From Aciduliprofundum boonei T469 (GTDB taxonomy: Archaea; Thermoplasmatota; Thermoplasmata; Thermoplasmatales; Aciduliprofundaceae): a stretch of DNA of 32,000 nucleotides. The translations under genes were made by a program, and so were the position numbers. The notes under the pieces are model-generated. The model made no database searches and had not been told where the DNA came from. It saw only the letters and a list, made by a program, of their open reading frames with translations. Below, piece by piece: positions 31,977-32,000 of the stretch (position 1 is the stretch's first letter; every line of letters starts with the position of its first letter). Location: NCBI RefSeq assembly GCF_000025665.1, contig NC_013926.1, positions 1,454,779-1,486,778 of the forward strand, written 5' to 3'.

Positions 31977-32000
31977 ACATTTTGGTAAAATTGCTGGTAA

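Noticed and set aside
1-32000. A scan for CRISPR arrays, tandem repeats, IS elements, rRNA genes, introns or inteins, and interrupted genes.
   Set aside because: By eye I found no regularly spaced direct repeats, no transposase-like ORFs, and no split or frameshifted genes. All 31 CDS are intact in a single frame. A computational repeat search (self-dotplot, minced, ISEScan) would be needed to exclude short or degenerate repeats.

Overview
Compact archaeal chromosomal window that is more than 90% coding. It is AT-rich with Lys/Glu/Ile-rich proteins, which looks like a euryarchaeal thermophile; I suspect a Thermoplasmata/DHVE2- or Thermococcales-related genome but cannot verify this without a search. 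I call 31 protein genes plus one tRNA-Leu(CAA). All domain calls come from motifs I recognise by eye, not from searches.

Gene content, in order:
- 3' part of the rpl3-rpl4 ribosomal operon, then urocanase, a YhbY/CRM protein, a HIT hydrolase, TruA and an ArsR-type regulator.
- YjbQ, a GYD-like protein and an S9 peptidase.
- A three-gene GlpA-like flavoprotein/DUF1667 operon, then tRNA-Leu.
- A membrane-anchored SlyD-like FKBP, a DUF54 RNA-binding protein, TrmB, an orphan receiver, an amidohydrolase, a phosphohexomutase and a cation/H+ antiporter.
- A tungsten aldehyde:ferredoxin oxidoreductase (AOR) with its MoaD-like and radical-SAM/SPASM companions.
- An eIF-2B-like sugar-phosphate isomerase, AhcY, an MFS transporter, FolC and HflX.

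No CRISPR array, transposase, integrase or rRNA was seen.

Best candidate for an undescribed system (22548-26938): an 82-aa ORF is translationally coupled to a single-domain KaiC-like ATPase with a non-canonical P-loop. That pair lies tail-to-tail with, and overlaps, a 1147-aa STAND-type NTPase/TPR protein. The NTPase's Walker A and Walker B are separated by about 365 residues, because two DUF835-like modules are inserted into the NTPase domain.

Secondary observations:
- A GC-rich structured leader of about 100 nt in front of rpl3, in a genome that otherwise looks leaderless.
- A repeated geometry of AT-rich boxes about 22-34 nt (mostly 22-28 nt) from the start codons at all seven divergent junctions.
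- Zero or negative spacing at six of seven convergent junctions. The one exception carries a nested GC-rich hairpin.
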